From the sequence record OQ101254.1: DNA of 64,000 bases; one strand, given 5' to 3'. Positions 7,957-16,877 of the stretch are shown here, one piece after another. Position 1 is the first letter of the stretch; every line of letters begins with the position of its first letter. The DNA comes from Acinetobacter phage Acba_11. The position numbers and the translations under genes were made by a program. The notes under the pieces are model-generated. The model searched no databases. It was not told where the DNA came from and was given only the letters and a program-made list of their open reading frames with translations.

Positions 7957-8727
7957 ATGAAATCAAAACCAATAATTCCATGGCAAGGTGGTAAAACCCG
8001 TTTGGCTAAGGATTTGTTGTGTAAGTTCCCAGAACATTCATGTTATGTGGAATTATTTTGTGGTGGAGCAGCATTATTCTTCTTAAGAGAAGGACCAGCA
8101 AGAACTGAAGTAATAAATGATCTGAATGACGAGTTGGTAAATCTGTACCGGGTAGTGCAGAACCATTTAGAAGAATTTGTGCGTCAATTCAAATGGTGCA
8201 TTTCAAGTCGCCAGATTTTTGAATGGGAAAAACTAAAAGTACCAGACACACTAACGGATATTCAGCGAGCTGCAAGATTTTATTACCTTCAGCAACATGC
8301 GTTTGGTGGTAAGGTTTCTGGGCAGACATTTGGATATGCAACAACAGGCCGCTCTTTAAATCTCTTGCGGATAGAGGAAAGTTTAAGTGCAGCACATTTG
8401 CGTTTGAATGGAGTCTATATTGAAAACCTGTCCTGGGATATTTGCTTTGATAAGTATGACCGGGAACATACATTTTTTTATGCTGATCCGCCGTATCTAG
8501 ATACAGCAGGTTATGGAGTAGATTTTCCATTAGATCAGTATGAACTTCTTTCTGAAAAGATGAAGACTTGCAAAGGGAAGGTAATGCTATCAATTAATGA
8601 TCATGAAAAGATTCGTGAAATCTTTAAAGGTTTTAATTTTGCATGTACTTCAATTAATTATTCTGTTGGTCGTGATTTGGCTGCTAAGAGTAAGAAAAGT
8701 AATGAGCTGATAATTATGAATTATTGA
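7957..8727 (+). CDS. dam: DNA adenine methyltransferase, Dam family (ATG 7957; ORF open from 7900)
   Basis: N-terminal IIPWQGGKTRLAKDL (Dam PFLKWAGGK-like) and catalytic DPPY in FFYADPPYLDTAGYG. Confidence 0.8.
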   Translation: MKSKPIIPWQGGKTRLAKDLLCKFPEHSCYVELFCGGAALFFLREGPARTEVINDLNDELVNLYRVVQNHLEEFVRQFKWCISSRQIFEWEKLKVPDTLTDIQRAARFYYLQQHAFGGKVSGQTFGYATTGRSLNLLRIEESLSAAHLRLNGVYIENLSWDICFDKYDREHTFFYADPPYLDTAGYGVDFPLDQYELLSEKMKTCKGKVMLSINDHEKIREIFKGFNFACTSINYSVGRDLAAKSKKSNELIIMNY

Positions 8728-8775
8728 TCTCATAATTTGGTTTAAAAGTTTGCCGTAATAATTGCGGCGCAAACG

Positions 8776-8816
8776 GCCCCTCTAAAAAATGGTTATTGGA
8801 GGGGCTTTTTCTTTTT
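8776..8816 (+). terminator. Intrinsic terminator after dam
   Basis: GGCCCCTC...GAGGGGC stem with a TTTTTCTTTTT tail. Confidence 0.5.
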
Positions 8817-8834
8817 GGAGAAATAAAAGTGCGT

Positions 8835-9032
8835 ATGAGCCGATTATTACTAGCCACAACTGCTGGATTAATGGCCTTAAATACAAAACTAAGTGTTTTA
8901 AGCGCCTTGGTTGCATCATGTGGACACGCATCACCTTTGAGCTGTAAGGCAAATACAGTAAAGAGTAAACCTAACAAACTAAGTCAAAAGAAAAAACGCC
9001 TTATTGCTCGTCGTCTTAATAAACATAAGTGA
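8835..9032 (+). CDS. Hypothetical small protein (hydrophobic N-terminus, basic C-terminus)
   Basis: ATG 8835 within ORF 8796..9032. Confidence 0.25.
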   Translation: MSRLLLATTAGLMALNTKLSVLSALVASCGHASPLSCKANTVKSKPNKLSQKKKRLIARRLNKHK

Positions 9033-9041
9033 GCTGGATAA

Positions 9042-9215
9042 ATGGACAAAAACGAAGCTAAAAAAAATCTGGATAAATATTCACAGGAACTTGAGCGTTA
9101 TCAAAATCTCTCCAGATCGGGTCTTAGCCGTGATGAAATGTTAGTTATCGATAGAATAATTCTTAGATTAAAAAAGCAAGTTAATAATTTACGGACGGCC
9201 TTATATGGACAGTAA
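9042..9215 (+). CDS. Hypothetical 57-aa protein (below the ORF-track cut-off)
   Basis: Stop overlaps the start region of the 9205 gene. Fills a gap. Confidence 0.25.
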   Translation: MDKNEAKKNLDKYSQELERYQNLSRSGLSRDEMLVIDRIILRLKKQVNNLRTALYGQ

Positions 9216-9672
9216 CGATTATTTTTGGCTTACAAGAAAAAAAGAACCAAGAACAAAACCAAAAAGCCGCCCATTACCCAAAGCAACTCAAAAATACCTA
9301 GAAGCTGAAGAAGAATTTATTCATGCATTAGATGTGCTTGAAATCAAATATGAAAAGAAATTTAAGTTTAAATCTACAAAACATTGGCGATTTGATTTTC
9401 ATTTAATTGAACATCGTATTCTGGTCGAAATTGCGGGTGGTCCATGGTCAGGTGGTCGAAAAGGTAAGCTCAAAGATAAAGCTTGGAGTATGGATCGATA
9501 CGATGATGCTGAAGCAATGGGATATACGGTTGTTCGGTTAGAGGCAGCACCAAGTTTTAAAATTAATGAATCTGGCCCGTTACAGATACAAGCTCATTTT
9601 GCTAGTCAGTGGCTTAAAAACTTAAAGAGGCAAATATTTAATGGATCAGATCAGACCGTTTCCACCAACTGA
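9205..9672 (+). CDS. Endonuclease-fold protein (Vsr/DUF559-like), first gene of packaging module A
   Basis: HWRFDFHLIEHRILVEIAGGPWSGG resembles the Vsr-type pDF...IFVDG.FWHG core. Paralog at 21665. Confidence 0.45.
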   Translation: MDSNDYFWLTRKKEPRTKPKSRPLPKATQKYLEAEEEFIHALDVLEIKYEKKFKFKSTKHWRFDFHLIEHRILVEIAGGPWSGGRKGKLKDKAWSMDRYDDAEAMGYTVVRLEAAPSFKINESGPLQIQAHFASQWLKNLKRQIFNGSDQTVSTN

Positions 9673-10282
9673 TTTTATTGATCAAGCTGAAGAAGAGGAA
9701 GCAATTCGTTTAATACCGGCTCCAGACCTAAAAAAATGGGTTGTGGCTAATTACTTAACGATTGGTGGGCCTCTTTATAATCCAGATCATGATCATATTG
9801 CTGAGTTACTTCATGATAATGAAGAGTTCTTGGCATTTGCTTGGGCCTCTTCTGCATATAAAAGCAAGCAGGCGATGGTGCTGGGGCAGTGTGAAAAAGT
9901 AATGTTTAACGTCGGTGGCTGGCGTAAAGCTAGACAAGAGCAACAGATGCGTGACTGGTTCGGTTTTGTGCCAACATACTTAATAACTGTCGACGCTTCT
10001 TTCTGTGAGCGTGCAAACGATACAGAGTTCTGTTATTTGCTTGAACATGAGCTTTACCACATTGGAGTGATGAGAGACGAGGACGGAGAAATTGTTTATA
10101 GCGATAGTTCTGGTCTGCCTAAGCACTATCTTGCTGGTCATGACGTTGAAGAGTTTATTGGCGTAGTTAAACGGTGGGGACCAAGTAAGAATGTTAAGCG
10201 ACTTATTGAGGTCGCAAAAAATCCGCCGTTTGTTTCTGATTTAGATATTGCGAGATGCTGCGGGAACTGTGTAATCAATTGA
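9641..10282 (+). CDS. HExxH metallopeptidase-like protein with C-terminal CCGNC motif (module A)
   Basis: LLEHELYHIGVM zinc-binding motif. Near-identical paralog at 22062. Confidence 0.45.
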   Translation: MDQIRPFPPTDFIDQAEEEEAIRLIPAPDLKKWVVANYLTIGGPLYNPDHDHIAELLHDNEEFLAFAWASSAYKSKQAMVLGQCEKVMFNVGGWRKARQEQQMRDWFGFVPTYLITVDASFCERANDTEFCYLLEHELYHIGVMRDEDGEIVYSDSSGLPKHYLAGHDVEEFIGVVKRWGPSKNVKRLIEVAKNPPFVSDLDIARCCGNCVIN

Positions 10283-10303
10283 GCCTTATGGCTCTTTTTT
10301 TTG
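10281..10303 (+). terminator. Hairpin plus T9 run between the HExxH gene and terS (module A)
   Basis: GAGCC-TTAT-GGCTC followed by TTTTTTTTT. Homologous element at 22700-22725. Confidence 0.5.
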
Positions 10304-10340
10304 TCCTGTTTGCTGTACGTAGCTGTACGAAGGGGAATTT

Positions 10341-10811
10341 ATGGCAGCACTAAAAGAGCCTGTGAAAATATTTATTGTTCAAGCTCTTGCATGCCGTGAT
10401 ACCCCTCAAGAAGTGGTTGAACAGGTCAAGCAAGAGTTTGGAGTTGATATTAGTCGTAGCCAATGCGAATGCTATGACCCAACAAAATATTCGGGCAGAA
10501 ACTTAAGCAAGAAGTTTGTTGAGCTTTTTGAATTAACCAGAGAGAAGTTTGATAAAGGCTTAATTGATATTCCTATTGCTAATAAGTACTACCGACTGAA
10601 GCAATACCAAAGACAGCTTGAGAAGACTAGAAACGTCAAAACAGCCTTAAAAATTCTTGAGCAAGCCGCTAAAGACATTGGTGGTCAATTTACTAATCGT
10701 CAAGAAATTACAGGCAAAGACGGCGGACCAGTTCAAACAGTTAATTCTGAAATTCCAGTTCCAATGGAAGATTACTTAAAAGCGCGGAGGGAAGTCTTAG
10801 ATGAGTACTGA
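10341..10811 (+). CDS. terS: Putative terminase small subunit (DUF2280-like), module A
   Basis: 156 aa, directly upstream of and overlapping terL. The C-terminal 90 aa are identical to copy B; the N-terminal part has diverged. Confidence 0.5.
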   Translation: MAALKEPVKIFIVQALACRDTPQEVVEQVKQEFGVDISRSQCECYDPTKYSGRNLSKKFVELFELTREKFDKGLIDIPIANKYYRLKQYQRQLEKTRNVKTALKILEQAAKDIGGQFTNRQEITGKDGGPVQTVNSEIPVPMEDYLKARREVLDEY

Positions 10812-12228
10812 TGCGGCTCGGGATAAAGCCATCCAGATCGAGGCGCAAGAAGATTTATATTTCTTTACAAGGTACATGTTTAAGGAGCGCCGAGGCTACA
10901 AATGGATGCAAAATTGGCACCACTTAGAAATCTGCGAAGCATTAATGAAAGTTTATCGCGGTGAGACTAAGCGGTTAATTATTAACGTACCACCTCGATA
11001 TTCAAAAACTGAAATTGCTGTAATTAATTTTATGGCTTGGTGTTTTGGAAAGAAACCTGACTGTGAGTTTATTCATATCAGTTACTCGGCAATGCTTGCC
11101 GCAAATAATGCATTTCAGACTCGTAATATGGTTCAAGAAAAGGCTTATAAAAAGGTCTTTCCTGATCTTAAATTACGTGAGGATAGTAAAGCTAAGGATT
11201 TCTGGCGCACAGATGCAGGCGGAGTCTGCTATGCGACTGGTACTGGCGGTACCATTACAGGTTTTGGTGCAGGCAAAATGCGTGAAGGCTTTGGTGGTTG
11301 CATCATCATTGATGACCCGCATAAGGCCGATGAAGCCAAATCAAAAACTATCCGTGAAGGTGTAATTGACTGGTTCCAAAATACTCTCGAGTCTCGTACT
11401 AACTCACCAGAAACGCCAATTATTGTCATTATGCAGCGTCTTCATGAAGATGATTTGGCTGGATGGCTGCTAGGTGATAGAAAAGACGGCGTTCCTGTAG
11501 CTGGTGGTAACGGTGAAGTGTGGGAGCATCTATGTCTTTCGGCTATTCAAGAAGACGGATCTGCATTGTGGCCAGCAAAACACAATATTCAAAAGTTGAA
11601 GCAAATGGAGCAAGCTGCGCCGTATGTTTTTGCCGGGCAATATCGTCAAATGCCATCACCGCCAGCAGGTGGTTTTTTTAAGCCTGACAATATTGAAATT
11701 GTGGATGCTTTACCTGCTGATGTAGTGAAGCAAGTAAGGGCTTGGGACTTTGGTGCTACTGAGAATGAAGGCGACTTTACAGCAGGTGTTAGAGAAGCTC
11801 TTGGCGCAGATGGTTTTACTTACATTGTCGATGTTACAAGAGGACAGCTTGGTCCAGACAATGTTAATAAGCGCTTAAAACAAGTCACAGAGTTAGATGG
11901 GATGGGCGTAACGGTAAGGATTCCTCAAGATCCTGGTCAAGCTGGTAAATCACAAGCTAGTGCATTCGTAAAACTTCTTGCAGGATATGACGTCAAAGCC
12001 AAACCAGTTTCGGGAGACAAACTCACACGTGCACAACCTTTTGCGGCGCAAGTTAACGTGGGTAACGTGAGAATGCTTAGAGGTGATTGGAATAAAGACT
12101 TTATTGAAGAGCTTCGCAATTTTCCAAATGGAACGCATGACGACCAAGTTGATGCTGGTTCAGATGCATTTAATGAATTGAATGGAGGTTTTGAGGCCTT
12201 CTTTGCTGATATGGGATTTGCTCGATGA
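10801..12228 (+). CDS. terL: Terminase large subunit, module A
   Basis: 475 aa. ATPase-like PPRYSKTE and IIIDDPH motifs. C-terminal nuclease-domain HDDQVDA. Followed by a portal gene with ATGA overlap. Confidence 0.85.
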   Translation: MSTDAARDKAIQIEAQEDLYFFTRYMFKERRGYKWMQNWHHLEICEALMKVYRGETKRLIINVPPRYSKTEIAVINFMAWCFGKKPDCEFIHISYSAMLAANNAFQTRNMVQEKAYKKVFPDLKLREDSKAKDFWRTDAGGVCYATGTGGTITGFGAGKMREGFGGCIIIDDPHKADEAKSKTIREGVIDWFQNTLESRTNSPETPIIVIMQRLHEDDLAGWLLGDRKDGVPVAGGNGEVWEHLCLSAIQEDGSALWPAKHNIQKLKQMEQAAPYVFAGQYRQMPSPPAGGFFKPDNIEIVDALPADVVKQVRAWDFGATENEGDFTAGVREALGADGFTYIVDVTRGQLGPDNVNKRLKQVTELDGMGVTVRIPQDPGQAGKSQASAFVKLLAGYDVKAKPVSGDKLTRAQPFAAQVNVGNVRMLRGDWNKDFIEELRNFPNGTHDDQVDAGSDAFNELNGGFEAFFADMGFAR

Positions 12229-13676
12229 GTGACGTAACTTTTAAACATCCTGAATATGTTAAAAACTTGCCATATTGGCAGAAGCTAGATGATGTGTGTG
12301 AAGGCGAGGATGCTGTAAAGGCTAAAGGAGAAAAGTATCTTCCGAAACCCAATGCTCATGATCAATCACCTGCAAATAAAAGTGCTTATGAGGCTTATCG
12401 TACTCGGGCAGTCTTTTATGAAGTAACGGGGACTACATCTAATAGTTTAGTTGGTGCAGCTTTTGCAACCGATCCAAGTTTTAAATTTCCTCCAGAACTA
12501 GCTCACTTAGAACGCAATGCTAACGGCGCGGGATTAAGTGCTTATCAATTGGCACAGAACGGGATCCGACATTTATTAAAGCATTATCGTTGTGCTTTAT
12601 ATGTTGACTATCCTGCAGTTACACCGGCTCGAAATCTTGCGGAGTTTAAACAGCAAAAAGCCTACCCGATGATTCACTTATTGAATGCCATTGATGTGAT
12701 CAATTGGGATTCAATGATGATTGATAACCAGAAAAAGCTTTGCTTGGTGGTCATCCGTGAATTTACTTCAGAACGAGGCGCTGATGGCTTTAGCAAATCT
12801 GAGGTAGAGCAATACAGAGTACTTCGTTTAGAGCCTGATAATGAAGGAAACTTCATCTATACAGTTCAAGTTTACACAAAAGGCGACAAGGGTACATGGA
12901 AGGGCGAAGATAAGAAGTATCCCACTGATAATAACGGGGATTTCTGGTCTTATATTCCATTCACTTTTGTGGGGGCTATTGATAACTCTGAAGAGATTAA
13001 AAAGCCTCCATTGCTCCCATTGGCTAATCTTAATTTAGCTCATTATAGAGATAGTGCGGACTTTCAAGAGTCCGTTTTTTATATGGGCCAACCACAGTTT
13101 TATGCTAAGGGAGTTAATTGGGCTTGGTATGACGAGGCTAAAAAGCGTGGCATTTATATCGGTGCGAAAGTTCTATTACCTTTACCTGAAAACGGTGATT
13201 TGGGGATTGTACAAGCAGATCCAAACACATTAGCACGGGAAGCTATGAAGGATAAGTGGGAGCAAATGAAGGAGCTTGGTGCTCGACTTATTGAAAAAGG
13301 TTCCGCAGCTAAAAAGACTGCTACTGAATCTAACAGTGATGATGCCGTGCAGCATTCCGTTCTTTCACTTTGTGTTGTGAATATGAATGAAGCTTTGTCT
13401 ATGGCTTTACGTTGGGCTGCTAAATTTGTAGTACCTAATGTTGATGTTCTGACTAAAGATGAACTGATGTTCGAAATTAGTCAGGAATTTAACAAGCAAG
13501 GTTATTTAGCTGAGTTGGCTCGTCAATTGTTTGAAGCAGCTTTACAAGGTAGATCTTCATTCAAATCTTGGTGGGAATACAACCAAACAGGAATGTTTCC
13601 TAAACAAAAATATGAAGAAGAAATCCTAAATGTTGAAGCTGAACAGGATGGGACTTTGAATCAAGGAGTGAATTGA
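12225..13676 (+). CDS. Portal protein, module A
   Basis: 483 aa, between terL and the head-morphogenesis gene. Start overlaps the terL stop. Confidence 0.75.
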   Translation: MSDVTFKHPEYVKNLPYWQKLDDVCEGEDAVKAKGEKYLPKPNAHDQSPANKSAYEAYRTRAVFYEVTGTTSNSLVGAAFATDPSFKFPPELAHLERNANGAGLSAYQLAQNGIRHLLKHYRCALYVDYPAVTPARNLAEFKQQKAYPMIHLLNAIDVINWDSMMIDNQKKLCLVVIREFTSERGADGFSKSEVEQYRVLRLEPDNEGNFIYTVQVYTKGDKGTWKGEDKKYPTDNNGDFWSYIPFTFVGAIDNSEEIKKPPLLPLANLNLAHYRDSADFQESVFYMGQPQFYAKGVNWAWYDEAKKRGIYIGAKVLLPLPENGDLGIVQADPNTLAREAMKDKWEQMKELGARLIEKGSAAKKTATESNSDDAVQHSVLSLCVVNMNEALSMALRWAAKFVVPNVDVLTKDELMFEISQEFNKQGYLAELARQLFEAALQGRSSFKSWWEYNQTGMFPKQKYEEEILNVEAEQDGTLNQGVN

Positions 13677-13677
13677 T

Positions 13678-14781
13678 ATGGCGGCAACTATCAAAGAACT
13701 CTTAGAGGCACTAACTCAACACCAAGCATATCTTTTTCGCGCTTCATCAAAAACAGTTAATGAATTATTAGGTTTATTTAATGATGATACAAAAGCAATG
13801 CTTTCAAAGCTGCGTGATCTATTAGAGGAACTTAATGATTCAGAGAAAATTGCTTTAGCTGGTGGGAAGTATACAACGTCAAACCTCAGAGAGATTAAAG
13901 ATTTGATTGACCAATGGTTTGCTAGTGTAAATACAAGCTTACCTGAAGCTTTCACCGTCTCTGCTACCGCTTTAGCGGTTTATGAAGCTAATTACATAGC
14001 CAAGCTATACGGAGCGAAAAATAAAACTCTTAGCGGTGACAAGTTCTATTCTGCTGCTAAAAAGGTACCATTGGCTGGTGGTGCCCTAGTTGATGATCTT
14101 TTATCAAGAATTACTGAAGCTGCCCGTCAAAAAGTTGAATATGCAATCAGAGATGGTATTAACACTGGCAAAACTAATAGTGAGATTATTCAGCGTATCC
14201 GTGGTACCAAGAAGCTAAATTATGAAGACGGATTACTCAACAGCACAAAATCAGACATTGAGCGCACTGTAAGAACGGTTCGGAGCCATGTAGCTAACCA
14301 GGCATATTTAAAAAGTTTTGATCAAATTGGCTTCAAATATGTGCGATTTGTGAGTGTTCTTGATGGAAGAACTTCAAAACTTTGTGCATCCCTTGATGGA
14401 AGCTTTTGGGAAATAAATGACCCAGCAAAGCGCGTTCCTCCATTACATCCAAATTGTCGAAGCATTCTGGTACCAGTTGAGAAAGACGGTTCTTTAGCTG
14501 GTCAGCGTCCTTTTGTGATGGATGAGAGAAGAGTGAAAGACATCCCCAAAGAAGAGCGTGATCAGTTGATTGGGCAAATGGATGCAAACATAACATTTAA
14601 AGAGTTCTTCAAAAAGACAGATGACTTCTTTCAAAAAGAATGGTTGGGACCAAAGCGTTACAAACTCTTCAAAGAGGGAAAATTTGATTTTGAAAAGTTC
14701 TTCGATCCGGATGGACGTCTTTATACACTCGACCAACTTCGCATGTTGGACGAACAATTGTTCAAGAGGTTGGGAATATGA
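13678..14781 (+). CDS. Head morphogenesis protein (Mu gpF / SPP1 gp7 family), module A
   Basis: 367 aa with the HPNCRS motif typical of Mu F-like proteins. Confidence 0.75.
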   Translation: MAATIKELLEALTQHQAYLFRASSKTVNELLGLFNDDTKAMLSKLRDLLEELNDSEKIALAGGKYTTSNLREIKDLIDQWFASVNTSLPEAFTVSATALAVYEANYIAKLYGAKNKTLSGDKFYSAAKKVPLAGGALVDDLLSRITEAARQKVEYAIRDGINTGKTNSEIIQRIRGTKKLNYEDGLLNSTKSDIERTVRTVRSHVANQAYLKSFDQIGFKYVRFVSVLDGRTSKLCASLDGSFWEINDPAKRVPPLHPNCRSILVPVEKDGSLAGQRPFVMDERRVKDIPKEERDQLIGQMDANITFKEFFKKTDDFFQKEWLGPKRYKLFKEGKFDFEKFFDPDGRLYTLDQLRMLDEQLFKRLGI

Positions 14782-15039
14782 ATTTTACTTTAAGTGGTGA
14801 GGGGAAAATTCAACTATCTACTCGAGCAAAATACAGATTGCGTAGATGGCTTAGAAAACTTGAAAAGAGGTCGAAGTTATGAAGCAAATAACTATGACTC
14901 AAGCACAATACATCCTAAGTACAAATCTTATTGTTGTGCCTTTTGTAAGGAAGTTGATTCCAAGATATATGGCTATTTTAGGATACAACTTCAAACAGCC
15001 CACAGCACAGATTCCGCATTAAACCTAATTCAAACCATA

Positions 15040-15061
15040 GCACCTTCGGGTGCTTTTTTTA
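15040..15061 (+). terminator. Intrinsic terminator (GCACC-TTCG-GGTGC plus T7), conserved in both modules
   Basis: Same hairpin at about 28172-28192 in module B. Confidence 0.6.
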
Positions 15062-15073
15062 TATGAGGTCATC

Positions 15074-15586
15074 ATGACAAAGCAACCGCAAACACTTCAA
15101 GAGCTAGTTCAAAATGTTGAATATTTCAATGTGGACCAAGCATCACCAGATGCACTACCTAAACGCATTATATGCATCCTAAAACTTCACTCTGGAGTGC
15201 AAGTAAACGGCGAGTATTTGATTCCTGAAGGTTCACCTGTTGGTGATTACAATCCGTTTGCACTTACATCTGCCATTGAAAATTTAAAAAAGCTCGGATT
15301 TGAAATTATTGAACCACCTTCTGAACCACAAGTAATCGAAGGTGAGGCAGTTGAGGTTGGCCAGAATTTAGATGACCCATCACTTAAAGCGGTTGAAGCA
15401 CCAAAAATTAAAAGTCTGGAATCCCATGTAACTGTTACGGGCGCAGGGGTTAATACTTATGATGTTCGTCATGCAAATCTGCATTCAATTGAAGCATTGA
15501 CCTCACTTTTGAAGGTTACGAAGTTAAATACTGATGTGTCGAATGCTGCAAACTCTAAGCTTGTTGAACTTATTAATGGACTCTAA
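15074..15586 (+). CDS. Hypothetical protein (moron slot, module A only)
   Basis: ATG 15074 with GAGG RBS. No counterpart in module B. Confidence 0.45.
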   Translation: MTKQPQTLQELVQNVEYFNVDQASPDALPKRIICILKLHSGVQVNGEYLIPEGSPVGDYNPFALTSAIENLKKLGFEIIEPPSEPQVIEGEAVEVGQNLDDPSLKAVEAPKIKSLESHVTVTGAGVNTYDVRHANLHSIEALTSLLKVTKLNTDVSNAANSKLVELINGL

Positions 15587-15654
15587 GTTTCAGGCGTCTT
15601 GAGCATATTTTAATTTTAACCAGCACACTAAGGTGCTTTTTTTGTGAGAAAGAA

Positions 15655-15969
15655 ATGACCAAAGAAGTAACAGAGCAAGAGTTAGCGGAAAAGTCTGTGG
15701 CACCCCGAGTAACTAAAGCGCAAATTGATGCGATGATGGACCGCGTTACATATACAGTGGAGCAGCGCCCTGGAGGTACAACATCTACTTTTGTACATGC
15801 ATTTTTAGATGGAAAATTTTTTCTAGCAACGGGTTTTAGCGCATGTGTGAATGCAGAAAACTTTGATGCTGAAATGGGTGAGCGTATAGCTCGAAGCAAC
15901 GCAGAAAAGTCAGCCGAAAATAAACTTTGGGAACTCGAAGGCTATCGTTTATTTGCCACAAACTTCTAA
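15655..15969 (+). CDS. Gp49-like phage protein (N4 gp49 / Sf6 gp66 family), module A only
   Basis: ATGFSACVNAENFDAEMGERIARSNAEKSAENKLWELEGY matches the CV.P.NFD..G...A...A..K.WELEGY signature. Confidence 0.6.
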   Translation: MTKEVTEQELAEKSVAPRVTKAQIDAMMDRVTYTVEQRPGGTTSTFVHAFLDGKFFLATGFSACVNAENFDAEMGERIARSNAEKSAENKLWELEGYRLFATNF

Positions 15970-16010
15970 GTTTTTAATCGAAATAAAGCGTCCTTAGGGG
16001 CGCTTTTTTA

Positions 16011-16082
16011 ATGTCTGCCGGAAGCGGATGCGGACGGTGAATCCGGGCGGATGCCCACTTGTGTATATAGGTTGGATGACCA
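16011..16082 (+). promoter_or_regulatory. Conserved GC-rich element upstream of the scaffold gene (module A copy)
   Basis: TGCCGGAAGCGGATGCGGACGGTGAATCCGGGCGGATGCCCA, then TGTATATAGG, then ATG. Direct repeat GCGGATGC x2, 5-bp inverted repeat CGGAT/ATCCG. Conserved at about 28440-28508 despite diverged flanks. Confidence 0.4.
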
Positions 16083-16850
16083 ATGAAACTTAAAACAGTA
16101 ACGATCGACGGTAAAGTTTATGCGGAAGTAGACGGCGATAAGCCGATCTATATTCATGATGACGGCAAAGAAATGCCACATGATGCACCTCATTCGGTAG
16201 CAACAATTGCACGCTTAAACAATGAAGTTAAAACACATCGTGAAGCCAAAGAAGCAGCTGAAAAAGCATTAAAAGCTTTTGAAGGAATCGAAGACCCTGC
16301 GGCAGCTAAAAAGGCCTTACAAACAATCCAAAATCTCGATGATAAAAAGCTGGTGGATGCCGGTGAAGTTGAGAAAGTTAAAGCTGAAGCTATCAAAGCA
16401 GTTGAAGAAAAATATGCCCCGATTGTTGAGCAACGTGATGCTCTTGAGGCCTCATTGCATAAAGAGCTAATCGGCGGTGGTTTTGCTCGTTCTAAGTACA
16501 TTCAAGACAACATTGCAGTACCTGTGGATATGGTGCAAGCGACCTTTGGTCATCACTTCAAAATCGAAGAGGGCAAGGTGGTTGCATATGACCAGAACGG
16601 CGAAAAGATTTATTCACGTGTACGCCCAGGTGAACTTGCAAATGTTGATGAAGCTTTAGAGTCATTGGTTGGTGGATACCAGCATAAAGACTTAATTCTT
16701 AAAGGTGGTAAAGGGACTGGTGGAGGTTTCCAAAGCGGGGGCAAAGGTGGAGCACCTACTGGAATGAAACGCAGTGAAATGTCTGTTTCTCAGAAAGCAG
16801 ATTACATCAAAGAACATGGCAATGATGCCTTCCTAAAACTACCGAACTAA
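16083..16850 (+). CDS. Capsid scaffolding protein, module A
   Basis: 255 aa, helix-rich, Gly-rich C-terminal tail, immediately upstream of the major capsid gene. Confidence 0.6.
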   Translation: MKLKTVTIDGKVYAEVDGDKPIYIHDDGKEMPHDAPHSVATIARLNNEVKTHREAKEAAEKALKAFEGIEDPAAAKKALQTIQNLDDKKLVDAGEVEKVKAEAIKAVEEKYAPIVEQRDALEASLHKELIGGGFARSKYIQDNIAVPVDMVQATFGHHFKIEEGKVVAYDQNGEKIYSRVRPGELANVDEALESLVGGYQHKDLILKGGKGTGGGFQSGGKGGAPTGMKRSEMSVSQKADYIKEHGNDAFLKLPN

Positions 16851-16877
16851 TCATTAAATATTTGGAGATAAGTAGTT

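Noticed and set aside
11045-11429. Alternative-frame and antisense ORFs inside terL copies (11045..11365, 11229..11429, 23402..23792)
   Set aside because: They overlap a confidently identified terminase gene. No independent signals.
14794-15066. 90-aa ORF reading through the terminator hairpin at 15040-15061
   Set aside because: Its C-terminus (APSGAFF) is simply the translated terminator stem. It is more likely non-coding or a shorter ORF, so it was not annotated.
16008-16501. Minus-strand ORFs overlapping the conserved GC-rich element and scaffold genes (16008..16193, 16190..16501, 28104..28619, 28580..28927)
   Set aside because: Antisense to scaffold genes and terminators. The long 28104..28619 ORF exists only because of the GC-rich element and lacks a plausible start context.
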